Assembly: GCA_963713145.1 (NCBI GenBank) | Contig: CAVQKI010000001.1 | Coordinates: forward strand, 26,479 to 90,478 | Reading direction: 5' to 3' | Source: an uncultured Thermoplasmata archaeon | GTDB lineage: Archaea > Thermoplasmatota > Thermoplasmata > Lutacidiplasmatales > UBA184 | Length of the DNA stretch: 64,000 nt | Shown here: piece by piece, positions 1 through 10,023 of the stretch | How the letters are laid out: each line of letters opens with the position of its first letter | Numbering within the stretch: the first letter of the stretch is position 1 | Position numbers and translations under genes: made by a program | The notes under the pieces: generated by a model | Seen by the model: the letters and a program-made list of their open reading frames with translations, nothing else | Database searches by the model: none | Told to the model about the DNA's origin: nothing

Positions 1-155
1 AGCCCCTCGGGAGGCTCCTCCCGGACGCAGAACTTCGTTCCGGTGAACCGGATCGCGTCGTCCCACCCGCCGACGAATACCCCCGGGGCGATCTCCGAGG
101 GGCTCGAGGGCTCCCGCACCGGGGCGCGGTTCGCCGGATGGTTCGGGGGCGCCAT
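1..155 (-). CDS. hypothetical protein, N-terminal fragment (gene runs off the window start)
   Basis: A minus-strand ATG at 155-153 opens MAPPNHPANRAPVREPSSPSEIAPGVFVGGWDDAIRFTGTKFCVREEPPEG. There is no stop before position 1, so it is absent from the ORF track. PGVFVGGWDDA is reminiscent of dual-specificity phosphatase N-termini, but 51 aa is too little to call. Confidence 0.3.
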   Translation of the reverse strand, partial: MAPPNHPANRAPVREPSSPSEIAPGVFVGGWDDAIRFTGTKFCVREEPPEG

Positions 156-174
156 CGTTCGGCCGGCCGGTCGG

Positions 175-1173
175 CTAGTCCCGGACTCCCTCGGTCGTGA
201 GGGAGAACACCGCCTCCCCTTCGGGAAGGTTGGGAGAGTCGATCAGGCGGGCGATCCTCCGCGGAGGCTTCGACTTCCGCAGGTAGATCCGGTAGGTGGC
301 CGCGTGCGCGACGATGTTCCCGCCGATCGGGCGGGTCGGGTCGCCGAACAGGATGTCGGGGCGGGCAGAGACCTGGTTGGTGACGACGATCGCGGCGTTG
401 TACATGTCGGCGAAGCGCAGGAGCTCGTGGAGGTGCCGGTTGAGATGCTGCTGGCGGGGCGCCAGCTCGGCCCGTCCCATGTACTCGGAGCGGAAGTGGG
501 AGGTGAGCGAATCGACCACGAGCAGGCGAATCGGCTTCTCGCGCGCGAGCTCCTGGGCCCGCTGGACGAGCAGCATCTGGTGGTTCGAGTTGTAGGCGCG
601 CGCGACGTGGATCTTCTCGAGCGCGGCGGCCGGGTCGATCCCGACGCCCTTCGCCATGTCGACGATGCGCTCGGGGCGGAACGTCGATTCCGTGTCGATG
701 TAGACGACCTCACCCCCGAGGCCCCCCTGGGCGACCGGGAGCTGGATATCGACCGCGATCTGGTGCGCGATCTGGGTCTTACCCGTTCCGAACTCGCCGG
801 AGAACTCGGTGATCGCTTGGGTCTCCACCCCGCCACCGAGGAGCTCGTCCAGCGCTTTCGCGTTGGTCGTTACCCGGCCGAGGCGCTTCCGCCGCTCCAG
901 CACGATCGACCCGCTCTCGAACCCGCCGACGTCCGCGCGCCGCCGGGCCTCCCCGATGATCTTCTGGGCGATCGCGACCCCGATCTCCGCGGCCTCCGCG
1001 ACGTCGCCAGGGGAGGCGACCGCGAGCTCCATGAGGTCGGTGTAGCCGGATTCGCGGAGCTTCTCGGCGATGGTCGGTCCAACCCCGGGGAGGTCCTCGA
1101 GGGCGACCGTCACTCGGGGTTCGGTCGCGGGGCCAGGGGTCTCGGCGGGTCGCGTGGCGGTCTTTGCGGGCAC
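175..1173 (-). CDS. radA: DNA repair and recombination protein RadA
   Basis: 332-aa ORF. N-terminal HhH ([20 protein letters not shown]), Walker [10 protein letters not shown], Walker [11 protein letters not shown]. Archaeal RadA length and layout. Confidence 0.95.
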   Translation of the reverse strand: MPAKTATRPAETPGPATEPRVTVALEDLPGVGPTIAEKLRESGYTDLMELAVASPGDVAEAAEIGVAIAQKIIGEARRRADVGGFESGSIVLERRKRLGRVTTNAKALDELLGGGVETQAITEFSGEFGTGKTQIAHQIAVDIQLPVAQGGLGGEVVYIDTESTFRPERIVDMAKGVGIDPAAALEKIHVARAYNSNHQMLLVQRAQELAREKPIRLLVVDSLTSHFRSEYMGRAELAPRQQHLNRHLHELLRFADMYNAAIVVTNQVSARPDILFGDPTRPIGGNIVAHAATYRIYLRKSKPPRRIARLIDSPNLPEGEAVFSLTTEGVRD

Positions 1174-1242
1174 ACCGGGTCGACCGGGCCTCGGGGAGAT
1201 AAGGGTGCGGGGAGAGGTCGCGAAACGCCGGGGGATGCGTCC

Positions 1243-2202
1243 CTACGCGGTCGCGGCCTTCGGGGCGAACGGTTCGCCCGTCAGCCGCTGGTAGACGGTC
1301 GTGTAGAGCCGGCTCACCTCGTCCACGAGGAGGGGCGGGAGCGGCGGGATGGGCGGTTCCTCGGCCTTCGCCTCGCGCGCGCGCACGAGATGGTCGTAGT
1401 AGCCGCTCTGGCGATAGTGCTGCCGTACGAACTCCTTCGAGAAGTCGACCTGCCGACCCCGCTCGTAGGCGCCCTTGTCCCAGAACCGGTCCTCGTCGGC
1501 GGTCCCGAACGTGTCGACGACCCGAGGGACCCCCTCGGCATCGATCCCGAACTCCTTCTTCCCGTCGACGTGGAGGAGGCCGCGGGGGCCGATCTCGGCC
1601 TGCATCGCGCTGTCGAGCTTCAGGATAGTCTCCCGGATGGTGTCGAGCTGCGCGCGGTCCATGGCCGCGAGCTCGAGCGCCTCCCCGATCGTGAGCAGTC
1701 GGTCGACCGGCTCGAGCTTCGTCGTGACCTCGAAGTGGGGCTCGGGGAGCTCCATGCCGTAGGCGAGCGTCCGGTCGGCCTTGAACCCGAGGTCGCGACC
1801 CGAGACCTTGCCGGCCTGGACGCGGTCCCACATCGAGCCGGCGAGGTAGTAGCGTACGATCAGCTCGAGCGGCACGAGATAGTCTTTCGGCCGGGGCCCG
1901 AGCGTCCGGGGCTTGGGAACGACGCGAACCCGCCGGACCCGCATCGACGTGGGACCGCTCAGGCGGAGGAAGTGGTGCGGGATGTTCATCCGGGAGCAGA
2001 GCGCGAACCAGTGGGCGGCGGTCCGGGCGAGCGTCTCGCCCTTGAACGGGATCTCGCTCGGGATGTGCTTGTCGAACACCGAGATGTCGTTCGTGAATCG
2101 GAACTCGAGCTCGGTCGGCGAAACCTCGTAGACCTCCTTCACCTTCCCACGGCGGAGGAACTTCGGTTCCGGCGCAGCCGGGGCAGCGGTCGTCTTGGCC
2201 AT
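1243..2202 (-). CDS. purC: phosphoribosylaminoimidazole-succinocarboxamide (SAICAR) synthase
   Basis: 319-aa ORF with SAICAR synthetase motifs (GKVKEVY, NDISVFD, LVPLELIVRYY, VDGKKEFG). Confidence 0.9.
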   Translation of the reverse strand: MAKTTAAPAAPEPKFLRRGKVKEVYEVSPTELEFRFTNDISVFDKHIPSEIPFKGETLARTAAHWFALCSRMNIPHHFLRLSGPTSMRVRRVRVVPKPRTLGPRPKDYLVPLELIVRYYLAGSMWDRVQAGKVSGRDLGFKADRTLAYGMELPEPHFEVTTKLEPVDRLLTIGEALELAAMDRAQLDTIRETILKLDSAMQAEIGPRGLLHVDGKKEFGIDAEGVPRVVDTFGTADEDRFWDKGAYERGRQVDFSKEFVRQHYRQSGYYDHLVRAREAKAEEPPIPPLPPLLVDEVSRLYTTVYQRLTGEPFAPKAATA

Positions 2203-2255
2203 ACCGGCCGAGGAGGACGGGCCCGCTTAAGGTTCGCGGAGGACGGGCCCGAACG

Positions 2256-2786
2256 CTACAGCGAGCGCGCGTGGATGGAGGTGATCGGGCGGAACCCGCG
2301 CTTCGCGTAGAAACGGCCGGCGATCTCGTTCTGCGCGGGGAACTCGGCGGTTACGACGCCGGCGCCCTTCGCCTTCAGCGCCACCGAGACCTCGCGCAGG
2401 AGGTACTCCCCGACCCCACGACGCCGATAGAGCGGCAGGAGGTAGATGTCGAGGATCACGCCCTCGAACTCGGGGGTGTAGAACGGCCGTTCGCGGACGA
2501 GGGCCCGGACGAAGCCGACGACCTTGTTCTTGTCGGCCCCGACCCCTTCGGCCGCGAGCACGACCGCTTTCGGGTCTGCGATCTGCGCGCGAAAGATGGA
2601 GCGGCTCTGCTCTTCCGCGTCGTCTCGGACCTTGAGCAGCGGGTCGAACTCCTCGTTCAACCGCTTGAGGCGCAGATGGAGCGGGATGAGGGCGGGGATG
2701 TCCGCCACGACCGCGGGTCGGAGGTGGATCGGCGGCGTTCCCCCGTCCGCGCCCGAGCCGTGGGAGCTCGGCTCGTCGGGGGTCAT
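2256..2786 (-). CDS. GNAT-family N-acetyltransferase
   Basis: The last 176 codons of ORF 2256..3704 start at MTPDEPSS. The ATG overlaps the malic-enzyme stop (ATGA coupling). Acetyl-CoA binding motif LYRRRGVGEYLL. The upstream part of the long ORF is shadow sequence. Confidence 0.8.
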   Translation of the reverse strand: MTPDEPSSHGSGADGGTPPIHLRPAVVADIPALIPLHLRLKRLNEEFDPLLKVRDDAEEQSRSIFRAQIADPKAVVLAAEGVGADKNKVVGFVRALVRERPFYTPEFEGVILDIYLLPLYRRRGVGEYLLREVSVALKAKGAGVVTAEFPAQNEIAGRFYAKRGFRPITSIHARSL

Positions 2787-4222
2787 GTGGCCCTCCGGCG
2801 CCCGATCGAGCCGCGGGGCATCGGCGCGGTCAGGTGCGCCCTCGCGAGCGCGCGCACCAGACGGGACGGGCGCGCCATGAGCGTCCGAGCCCGGTCGAGG
2901 AACTCGTCGTGCGAGAGCTTCTTCCTCGCGACCCCGAGGTGGACGGTGGCGTCCGCGACCGCGGCCGCAATCTCGGGGAACACTTCGGGCTCTTCCATCG
3001 TGGGAAGGATGTGGTGCGCGTTCATGCCCTTTCGCTCCGCTGCCTTCGCGAGCTCGCGCGCCGCGGCGATGACGACCTCGTCCGAAATCGACCGGGCCCG
3101 CGCGTCGAGCACGCCCCGAAAGACCGCCGGGAAGATGAGCGAGTTGTTCACCTGGTTCGGGAAGTCGCTGCGGCCCGTCGCGACGATCGCCGCGCCCGCG
3201 GCGCGGGCGACGTCCGGCCAGATCTCGGGAACCGGGTTCGCGAGCGCGAAGACGATCGGGTCGCGATTCATCGCGCGCACATGCTCGGGTCGGACGGTTC
3301 CGGGGATCGGGGTGGACGCCGCGATCAGCACGTCCGACCCCTCGATCGCGCGGGCGAAGTCGCCCGTGCGCCCGCCGCCGTTGGTCTTGAGCGCGAGCCG
3401 GTACTTCCACGGGTTGCGAACGGAGAGCTCGTCGACGTCGTCCCGTTCGGCGTGAAGTACCCCCTTCTGGTCGACCAGGGTCAGCTTCTGCGGGTCGTGG
3501 CCGAGGGTGATCAGGATCCGGGCGGTGACGAGGTTCGCCGCGCCCGCGCCCAAGAGCACGGTGCGCGTCTCCTTGACGGACCGACGCGTGAGCGTGAGTG
3601 CGTTGATCAGGCCCGCGACCGTCGCGGCCGCCGTGCCCAGCTGGTCGTCGTGCCAGACCGGGATCTCGAGCCGTTTCGTGAGCTCCTCGAGGATGGCGAA
3701 GCACTTCGGTGAGGCGATGTCCTCCAGGTTGATCCCCCCGAACGCGGGGGAGATCCCCTCGACCGTGTTCATGAACGCGGCCGGGCTCGAGGCCCGGATC
3801 GGCACGGGGATGGCGTCGACCCCGCCGAGGAACTTGAACAGGAGCGCCTTCCCCTCCATCACGGGAAGGGCGGCGGCGGGACCGACATCGCCGAGACCGA
3901 GGACCCGTGTCCCGTCGGTCGCGATGGCGACGGTGTTCCAGCGTCCGGTCAGCTCGAAGACAAGCTCCGGGTCCGCGTGGATCGCCCGGGAAACCTGGGC
4001 CACGCCCGGCGAATACCAGAGCGAGAAGTCGTGCATCGAGCGGACCGGGACCTTCGGAACGGTCTCGATCTTCCCACCGTAGAAGCGAGACAGCTCGACG
4101 GCACGACGTCCGAGGACGTCGGTCTGGACCTCCCGGCGCTTCTCGACCGTCCCTTCGCTGGTGAGGGTTCGGCGCCGACCTACGCGGTGGGGCGAATCGG
4201 GAGCCGCCGCGCTCTCCGCCAT
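2783..4222 (-). CDS. NAD(P)-dependent malic enzyme (short form)
   Basis: 479-aa ORF with WYSPGVA, GLGDVGPAAALPVMEGK and the GAGAANLV dinucleotide fold. Collinear with the roughly 430-480 aa prokaryotic malic enzymes. Confidence 0.9.
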   Translation of the reverse strand: MAESAAAPDSPHRVGRRRTLTSEGTVEKRREVQTDVLGRRAVELSRFYGGKIETVPKVPVRSMHDFSLWYSPGVAQVSRAIHADPELVFELTGRWNTVAIATDGTRVLGLGDVGPAAALPVMEGKALLFKFLGGVDAIPVPIRASSPAAFMNTVEGISPAFGGINLEDIASPKCFAILEELTKRLEIPVWHDDQLGTAAATVAGLINALTLTRRSVKETRTVLLGAGAANLVTARILITLGHDPQKLTLVDQKGVLHAERDDVDELSVRNPWKYRLALKTNGGGRTGDFARAIEGSDVLIAASTPIPGTVRPEHVRAMNRDPIVFALANPVPEIWPDVARAAGAAIVATGRSDFPNQVNNSLIFPAVFRGVLDARARSISDEVVIAAARELAKAAERKGMNAHHILPTMEEPEVFPEIAAAVADATVHLGVARKKLSHDEFLDRARTLMARPSRLVRALARAHLTAPMPRGSIGRRRAT

Positions 4223-4467
4223 CGGCAGAGGTCGGACCGGGGACCGAGCTATCTACTCTTCGGTGAAGTCGTCCGACACCTCCGGCAATCGCCGGAGGAT
4301 TCGGTCGCAGCGAGCGTCTGCGATCGTCGGTTCCGAGGCGGCTCCCTATCCCGAGGCGGACCCGGCCTCGGGATGGCTCCTTGTTCGCCGCGCAACATCG
4401 TTTCCCATTCTGCAGACGGCGGTTTGAGAGCGACCGTTAAAGACCCCACCCCGCTCGGAGCCGCGCC

Positions 4468-5439
4468 ATGATCGTCCGTACCGGTCTGACCGGCGCGTTC
4501 CCCCGTTCGGAGGGACTCGTCCGCGCCACCCGCGACTTCGACCGCGGCCGGGCGAGCCAGGATTCGGTCGAGGCCCTCTTCCGAACGAGCGAGCTCGAGG
4601 TGGTCACGCTCGAGCAGCGTCTCGGCTTCTCGACCGTCACGGCCGGCTACCTGCGCTGGCCCGACCTCTTCCGCGCGTTCGCCGAGACCTGGGAGGGGTT
4701 CTCCGTCGGGCCGCTCACCCGGTGGTTCGAGACGAACACGTTCTACCGCCAGCCGATCCTCTTCTCGCCACCCCTGAGGGTCCCCGGGGCGTTCGCGACG
4801 AGGATCCCGCCTCCGCTCCGGGCCGAGCCCGCCGCCGCCCGCATCCTGCTGCCCGGCCCCTATACGTTCGCGGGGCTCCTCGAGAACCGGTCGGGGGAGA
4901 CCGATTCCGCGATCGTCCACCGGCTCGGCCGCCTGCTCGCGGACGAGGTGCGCGAGCTCCGCGGGCTCGGGTTCTCGACCTTCCAGTTCACCGAGCCCCT
5001 CCTGGTCGTGCGTCCCCCCGACGGCCCTCACGCCGAGGCGGTGGTCGAGGCGTACGGGTCCATCTCCAAGGCGCTCGACGGGGGAACCTCGATCGTGTGG
5101 ACGTTCGGAAAGGACGCGCTCCCCGCGCTCCGAATCCTGGACCGGCTTCCGGCCTCCGTGGTCGGGATCGACCTCGCCGACACCGACGTGGAGCGGATCC
5201 CTGCCGGGGGCCAAGTGCCGGCGCTCGGACTGGGCGTCCTTGACCCCAGGACCACGCTGCCCGAGGACCCGGCCGAGGTCGTGCGAGTCGTTCGGGCCGC
5301 CGCGGAACGGCGCGGCGCAAAGACGGTCTGGCTCGGGCCCGGTGCGTCCCTCGACCTGCTGCCCCCGGAGCCGGCGACCCGAAAGCTCGAGGTCCTCTCC
5401 CAGGTCCAACGCACGCTCTCGGACGGAGGAAAGCCGTGA
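4468..5439 (+). CDS. MetE-family (cobalamin-independent methionine synthase-like) protein, paralog 1
   Basis: 323-aa ORF with a TIM-barrel MetE/UROD-like pattern. Its stop overlaps the start of the next MetE-like gene (GTGA at 5436-5439). It lacks the clear Zn-ligand motifs of the downstream paralog. Confidence 0.65.
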   Translation: MIVRTGLTGAFPRSEGLVRATRDFDRGRASQDSVEALFRTSELEVVTLEQRLGFSTVTAGYLRWPDLFRAFAETWEGFSVGPLTRWFETNTFYRQPILFSPPLRVPGAFATRIPPPLRAEPAAARILLPGPYTFAGLLENRSGETDSAIVHRLGRLLADEVRELRGLGFSTFQFTEPLLVVRPPDGPHAEAVVEAYGSISKALDGGTSIVWTFGKDALPALRILDRLPASVVGIDLADTDVERIPAGGQVPALGLGVLDPRTTLPEDPAEVVRVVRAAAERRGAKTVWLGPGASLDLLPPEPATRKLEVLSQVQRTLSDGGKP

Positions 5440-6689
5440 CGGAGCGCCTCTTCCCGGCCCAGGAGATCGGAAGCCTGGCGAGGCCCCGCTGGCAGCTCCT
5501 TGGCCAGCGCGGCGAGGCGCTCGACGTAGCGGCCCGCGCCGAGTTCGACTCGTGGGACCGGCGGCTGAAGTTCGCCGGAGAGCTCCCCACCGCCCGGGAC
5601 GCCCTTCTCGCAGGGAACACGAAGGGACCCGGGGCCGAGGCCGTTCGCGACCTCGCCTCCCTCTTCGCGATCCGGTACCTCGAGGCGGCCGGCCTCGACC
5701 GGATCTACGACGGGGAAGCCCGGCGGGTCGAGATGTACGAGCACCCCGTCCGGCACATGCAGGGATTCCGGTTCCAGGGACACGTCCGCTCGTTCGACTC
5801 GAAGTACTACCTCAAGGCCGCGATCGTCGAGCCGGTTCGCTTGGACAAACCGTTCGATGTCGAGGAGTTCGATTTCGTACGGAGGCACGCTCACGCCGTG
5901 CCGAAGATCCCCGTGACCGGCCCGTACACCCTCGCGGACTGGTCGTTCAACGAGTACTACCTCGCCCGCCAGAAGGGCTGGAAGGGCCGCAGCGCCCGCC
6001 GTTCGGCGCAGCGCGAGTTCGTGGTCGACCTCGCGAAGAACGCGATCCGTCCGACCCTCCGGGCCCTGATCGACCGCGGCTGCAAGGTCATCCAGATCGA
6101 CGAGCCGGCCGCGGGCACCCATCCGGACGAGACGGAGCTGGTGGTCGAGGGGTTCAACGCCGCGACCGAGGGACTGGACGCCGAGTTCTCGATGCACATC
6201 TGCTACTCGGAGTACCGCGACCTCCTGCCCGCGCTGCTCGAGGCCAAGCGCTGCAGCCAGTGGGCGTGGGAGTTCGCCAACCGCGACTCGGAGGGCCACG
6301 ACGGCTACGAGGTGCTCCGGGCGCTCAAGGAGTACGGCGACACGCGCTCGATCGGCCTCGGGGTCGTCGACGTCCATCGTGACCCGGTGGAGGCGCCCAG
6401 CGTGGTCGCGGACCGGATCCGCCGCGCGTCCAAGTACCTCGGCGACCCTACGCGCATCTGGGTGAACCCCGACTGCGGGCTGCGGACGCGCAGCCTCGAG
6501 GTCGCTCACGCGAAGCTGCGCGCGGTCGTCGAGGGAGCCGCCCTCGCGCGGGCCGAGCTCTCGAAGCCCGGCCGCCAGGGCGGGTTCCGCGACGCGACCG
6601 AGAGGACCTCGGCGCCCGAGGGTCCGACGAGCACCGTGTGCTCGGCCTGCGCGACGAGCCCGCCCGCCCTCTCGAGGAAGACCGGGTAG
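5436..6689 (+). CDS. metE: cobalamin-independent methionine synthase (core MetE, catalytic-domain type)
   Basis: Carries HICYSEY and NPDCGLRTR (Zn ligands His/Cys/Glu/Cys of the MetE C-terminal domain). Homology ends near 6540. The remaining ~50 codons run antisense into map and may be read-through. Confidence 0.8.
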   Translation: MTERLFPAQEIGSLARPRWQLLGQRGEALDVAARAEFDSWDRRLKFAGELPTARDALLAGNTKGPGAEAVRDLASLFAIRYLEAAGLDRIYDGEARRVEMYEHPVRHMQGFRFQGHVRSFDSKYYLKAAIVEPVRLDKPFDVEEFDFVRRHAHAVPKIPVTGPYTLADWSFNEYYLARQKGWKGRSARRSAQREFVVDLAKNAIRPTLRALIDRGCKVIQIDEPAAGTHPDETELVVEGFNAATEGLDAEFSMHICYSEYRDLLPALLEAKRCSQWAWEFANRDSEGHDGYEVLRALKEYGDTRSIGLGVVDVHRDPVEAPSVVADRIRRASKYLGDPTRIWVNPDCGLRTRSLEVAHAKLRAVVEGAALARAELSKPGRQGGFRDATERTSAPEGPTSTVCSACATSPPALSRKTG

Positions 6690-7477
6690 GCCTGCAGCGT
6701 GCGTCGGGCACGCTCGAGCGCCTCCCGCTCCTCGTCGGTCTTCGCCCAGCGGGCGGTGAACGGCAGGGTGTGGAACCGGCCGAACAGGCCGGTGAGCACC
6801 CCGTCGCTGGTCGGCGGCGCCCGGCGGAACCTAAGGATGTGGCCGAACGGTCCGTTGTCGATCCGGCCTACCCCGTTGGTGGCGAACGGCTCGATCGCCA
6901 CGATCTCACCCTCCACGAACGTCGCGTCCGTCATCCCGGGGACGTTCGGGATGGATTTTCCGGCGTGCAGCACGTACCGGTCGATCGTGTGCCCGGTGAG
7001 GTCGACCACGGGCTTCAGCCCGCGGGCTCGGATCGCACCGGCGACCGCCTTGCTCACGTCGTCCACGTCTCCCCCGGGTCGGACCGCCGCGACCCCCGCG
7101 GCAAGCGCGTCGTGGACGGCTCGGACGAGGTGGGCGTTCCGGTGACCCCCTCCGACCTCGACGGTGTCGGCGGTATCCGCGACCGCGCCGTCGATGTGAG
7201 CTCCGACGTCGACCTTCAGGAGATCGCCCTCGACCAGCACCGCCTCGTCGGCGGCATCCGGGGTGTAGTGGGCGGCCTCGACGTTCCGGGAAAGGTTCGC
7301 GGGGAACGCGGGCTGGGCGCCGTGGTCGCGAATGTACGATTCGATCGCCTCGGCGATATCCCGTCGGCGAGCCCCGGGGACGGCCAGGCGGAGTCCGAGC
7401 TCCCGGGCGTCGGCCGCAATGCGCGCCGCCTCGCGCCAGCGGTCGAGGTCCGGTGGGTACCGCGTCGCGGGCGTCAT
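6506..7477 (-). CDS. map: methionine aminopeptidase, type 2 (archaeal)
   Basis: 323-aa ORF with AAHYTP, KVDVGAHIDG, HTIDRY, VAIEPFAT and AQAEHTVLV (metal ligands of MetAP). The last ~30 aa look like tail or read-through sequence. Confidence 0.9.
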   Translation of the reverse strand: MTPATRYPPDLDRWREAARIAADARELGLRLAVPGARRRDIAEAIESYIRDHGAQPAFPANLSRNVEAAHYTPDAADEAVLVEGDLLKVDVGAHIDGAVADTADTVEVGGGHRNAHLVRAVHDALAAGVAAVRPGGDVDDVSKAVAGAIRARGLKPVVDLTGHTIDRYVLHAGKSIPNVPGMTDATFVEGEIVAIEPFATNGVGRIDNGPFGHILRFRRAPPTSDGVLTGLFGRFHTLPFTARWAKTDEEREALERARRTLQAYPVFLERAGGLVAQAEHTVLVGPSGAEVLSVASRNPPWRPGFESSARARAAPSTTARSFA

Positions 7478-8038
7478 CGACGGGCCCTCGTTCGCGGCTC
7501 ACGGCCCGTGAGATCCACGAGGGTCGACGGAACGCCGCTCGGCCGGGGGCCGCCTCCGACGTAGACCCGGACGCGCGTGCCGAACGCTTCCCAGGCGTCG
7601 GCAAGCGTCGAGGTGGGAGGCTGCCCGTGGAGATTCGCGGAGGTAGCCACGATCGGACCGGCGCCCCGCGCGAGCTCGCGCGCGACCGGATGGGCCGGCA
7701 CTCTCAGGCCGAGCGTACGACCGCCGGCCACGGCGGGGGCCAGCGACCTCCTCGCGCGCGGGGAGGGAGTCACGAGGATCGTGAACGGACCCGGGCAAGT
7801 GCCGCCGGACCCATCGACGGCCTGAGGGAGACAGGGCGGCGAGCGGCTCGATCTCTTCCACGGAGCTGACCGCGACCGACAACGGCTGGGTTCCCGAGCG
7901 GCCCTTCGCGCGCACGAGACGGTTGACCGCCCCCCGGGAGGAGGCTCGCGCGGCCAACCCGAAGACCGTGTCCGTAGGGTACACGACGAGCGCGCCGGCC
8001 CCGAGCGCGCGGACCGCCTCGGCGACCGACCGGCCCAT
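7474..8038 (-). CDS. YrdC/Sua5-family L-threonylcarbamoyladenylate synthase (TsaC-like), frame-disrupted near 7785
   Basis: The N-terminal half is in ORF 7499..8038 (VVYPTDTVFGLAA, RLVRAKGRSGTQPLSVAV). The C-terminal half is in ORF 7474..7773 (LGLRVPAHPVAREL, IVATSANLHGQPP, PSTLVDLTG). One protein lies in two frames. Confidence 0.75.
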
Positions 8039-8042
8039 CGAC

Positions 8043-8501
8043 CTAGAAGTACTCCTCGCCGACGCGGGAGTACGCGAGGTAATCGTCGGGCTGGAAGTAG
8101 AGCGCGAGCTCCCGCGCCGCGGACTCCGGAGAGTCGGAAGCGTGAACGAGGTTCGGCGTGATCCCGAGCGCCAGGTCGCCCCGAACGGTGCCGGGAGCGG
8201 CCAGCTGGGGGTTGGTCGTGCCGATCACCAGCCGGGTCACCGAGATCGCCGAGCGCCCCTCGAGGGCGATCGCGACGATCGGCCCGGACGTGAGATGCTG
8301 GATCAGCGCGGGGTAGAACGGCTTACCCTGGTGCTCGGCGTAGTGCCGCTGAGCGAGCTCCGGCGCCACCCGAACGGTCTTCGCGGCGACGATCTTGAGC
8401 CCCTTTCGCTCGAACCGTCCGATGATCTCCCCCACCACTCCCCGCCGCACGCCGTCGGGCTTCACGAGGACGAGCGTGCGCTCGACGTTCCCCTCTGCCA
8501 T
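8043..8501 (-). CDS. ndk: nucleoside-diphosphate kinase
   Basis: The last 152 codons of ORF 8043..9125 start at MAEGNVERTLVLVKPDGV and include NLVHASDS (active-site His). Confidence 0.9.
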   Translation of the reverse strand: MAEGNVERTLVLVKPDGVRRGVVGEIIGRFERKGLKIVAAKTVRVAPELAQRHYAEHQGKPFYPALIQHLTSGPIVAIALEGRSAISVTRLVIGTTNPQLAAPGTVRGDLALGITPNLVHASDSPESAARELALYFQPDDYLAYSRVGEEYF

Positions 8502-8585
8502 CGGCTCGACGAGCCTACGCGCAGGGTAAAGCTTTCGCGCCGCCCCGAGAGCAGACCTCTTCATCCCGACCGGTTCGTCCGAGGC

Positions 8586-9236
8586 GTGTCGCCCCGGCGA
8601 GGGAGCGTCATCGGGCTGGATCTGGCGGGGAGCCCCGGCCGGCGGACCGGATTCTGCCGGCTCGGGCCGGGGCTCGCGACCCGGACCGCGCCGCTGGCGG
8701 GCGACGCGGAGATCCTGGATGCGGTGCGCTCCTCCCGGCCGAGCATCGTCGCGATCGACGCTCCGCTGAGCCTCCCGGCGGGCCGGCTCTCCCTCGACAT
8801 TCCCGGCCCTCCACACCTGAGGCAATGCGACCGCGAACTGCAGAAGCTGGGGATCCGGTTCTTCCCCGTCACCCTCGGCCCGATGCGGATGCTCACCGCC
8901 CGGGGGATCGCGCTCGCCCAGCGGTTCCGCGCGGACGGGTTCACCGTCATCGAGGCGTACCCGGGGGGCGCGCAGGATGTCCTCGGGATCCCTCGGAAGG
9001 GAGCGGGCGTGGAGACCCTGCGAAGGGCCCTGGTCCGCTTCGGGTTCCGCGGCGACGTGGAGCGAAGGACGATCACCCACGACGAGCTGGACGCCGTGGT
9101 CTGCGCGTACACCGGCCGCGAGCACCTCGCCGGACGTTCCCTCGTTCTCGGCGACCCCGCGGAGGGCGAGCTCGTCCTGCCGCGGCCCCGTACGGTACGC
9201 GGGCGTCCCGCGCCCGCGCGGCGGAGGTCGCCGTGA
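8586..9236 (+). CDS. DUF429-family protein (predicted RNase H-like fold)
   Basis: GTG at 8586 within ORF 7923..9236. Sequence VIGLDLAGSP...IVAIDAPLSLP...EAYPG...HDELDAVVCAYTG matches the DUF429 pattern. The upstream part of the ORF is antisense to ndk. Confidence 0.65.
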   Translation: MSPRRGSVIGLDLAGSPGRRTGFCRLGPGLATRTAPLAGDAEILDAVRSSRPSIVAIDAPLSLPAGRLSLDIPGPPHLRQCDRELQKLGIRFFPVTLGPMRMLTARGIALAQRFRADGFTVIEAYPGGAQDVLGIPRKGAGVETLRRALVRFGFRGDVERRTITHDELDAVVCAYTGREHLAGRSLVLGDPAEGELVLPRPRTVRGRPAPARRRSP

Positions 9237-10012
9237 GCGAGCCCACGTTCAGGACCGCGCCGGCCGTGCGCGGCTTCGAGCGGAGCGCTGAGGCGTACCA
9301 GCGGGGCCGGCCCGGTTACCCGCCCTCGGTCGCCCGGCACCTCGCCCGAGTCCTCCGGCTCGGGCCGGGCCGGACGGTCGTGGAGCTCGGGAGCGGGACG
9401 GGGAAGTTCACGCGGACGCTCGTTCCCCTAGGATGCGCGATCGTGGCGGTAGAGCCGACCGCCGGGCATGCGTCGGGTCTTCGAGCGCACCATGCCCAAC
9501 GTCCCTGTCATCCCCGGGACCGCGGAGGCGATCCCTCTGCCCGACGGACTCGCCGACGCGGTCGTTGCCGCGCAGGCGTTCCAGTGGTTCCGCCCCGGGC
9601 CGGCGATGAAGGAGATCGCGCGCGTGCTCCGGCCGGGCGGAGGGCTGGGCCTCGTCTGGAACGTCCGGGACGAGTCGGTCGGCTGGATGAAGGCCGTCTC
9701 CCGCATCCTCGGCCGCTACAACCACGCCCCGCAGGTCCGCGAACGCCGATGGAAGGCGGCGTTCCGGGCGAAGAGCGCACCGTTCCCTCCCCCCGGATGC
9801 GCCGAATCTCCCACGTCCAGCGGGCGACCCCCTCCGAGGTCCTCGACCGGTTCCTGTCCGTGAGCTCCATCGCCATCCTTCCGGCCGCGGAACGGAGAAC
9901 GGTCGCGAACGAGATCCGGAAGCTGCTCCGGACGGACCCGATGACCCGGGGCCGTTCGTCGGTCGAACTGCCCTACGACACCGAGGTCTACTGGACCCGC
10001 CTCAAGGGCTGA
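9233..10012 (+). CDS. class I SAM-dependent methyltransferase (two frame changes near 9465 and 9790)
   Basis: GTG overlaps the DUF429 stop (GTGA). Motif I VVELGSGTGKF is in frame 1. The middle part (AQAFQWF, LRPGGGLGLVWN) is in ORF 9468..9863. The C-terminus returns to frame 1. Confidence 0.7.
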   Translation: MSEPTFRTAPAVRGFERSAEAYQRGRPGYPPSVARHLARVLRLGPGRTVVELGSGTGKFTRTLVPLGCAIVAVEPTAGHASGLRAHHAQRPCHPRDRGGDPSARRTRRRGRCRAGVPVVPPRAGDEGDRARAPAGRRAGPRLERPGRVGRLDEGRLPHPRPLQPRPAGPRTPMEGGVPGEERTVPSPRMRRISHVQRATPSEVLDRFLSVSSIAILPAAERRTVANEIRKLLRTDPMTRGRSSVELPYDTEVYWTRLKG

Positions 10013-10023
10013 GCCGGGCGCTG

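Noticed and set aside
43-2310. 755-aa ORF on the + strand, one of the longest in the track
   Set aside because: It is entirely antisense to radA and purC, which have unmistakable motifs. Its Arg/Gly/Asp/Val-rich composition with no recognisable domain is typical of shadow ORFs in G+C-rich DNA.
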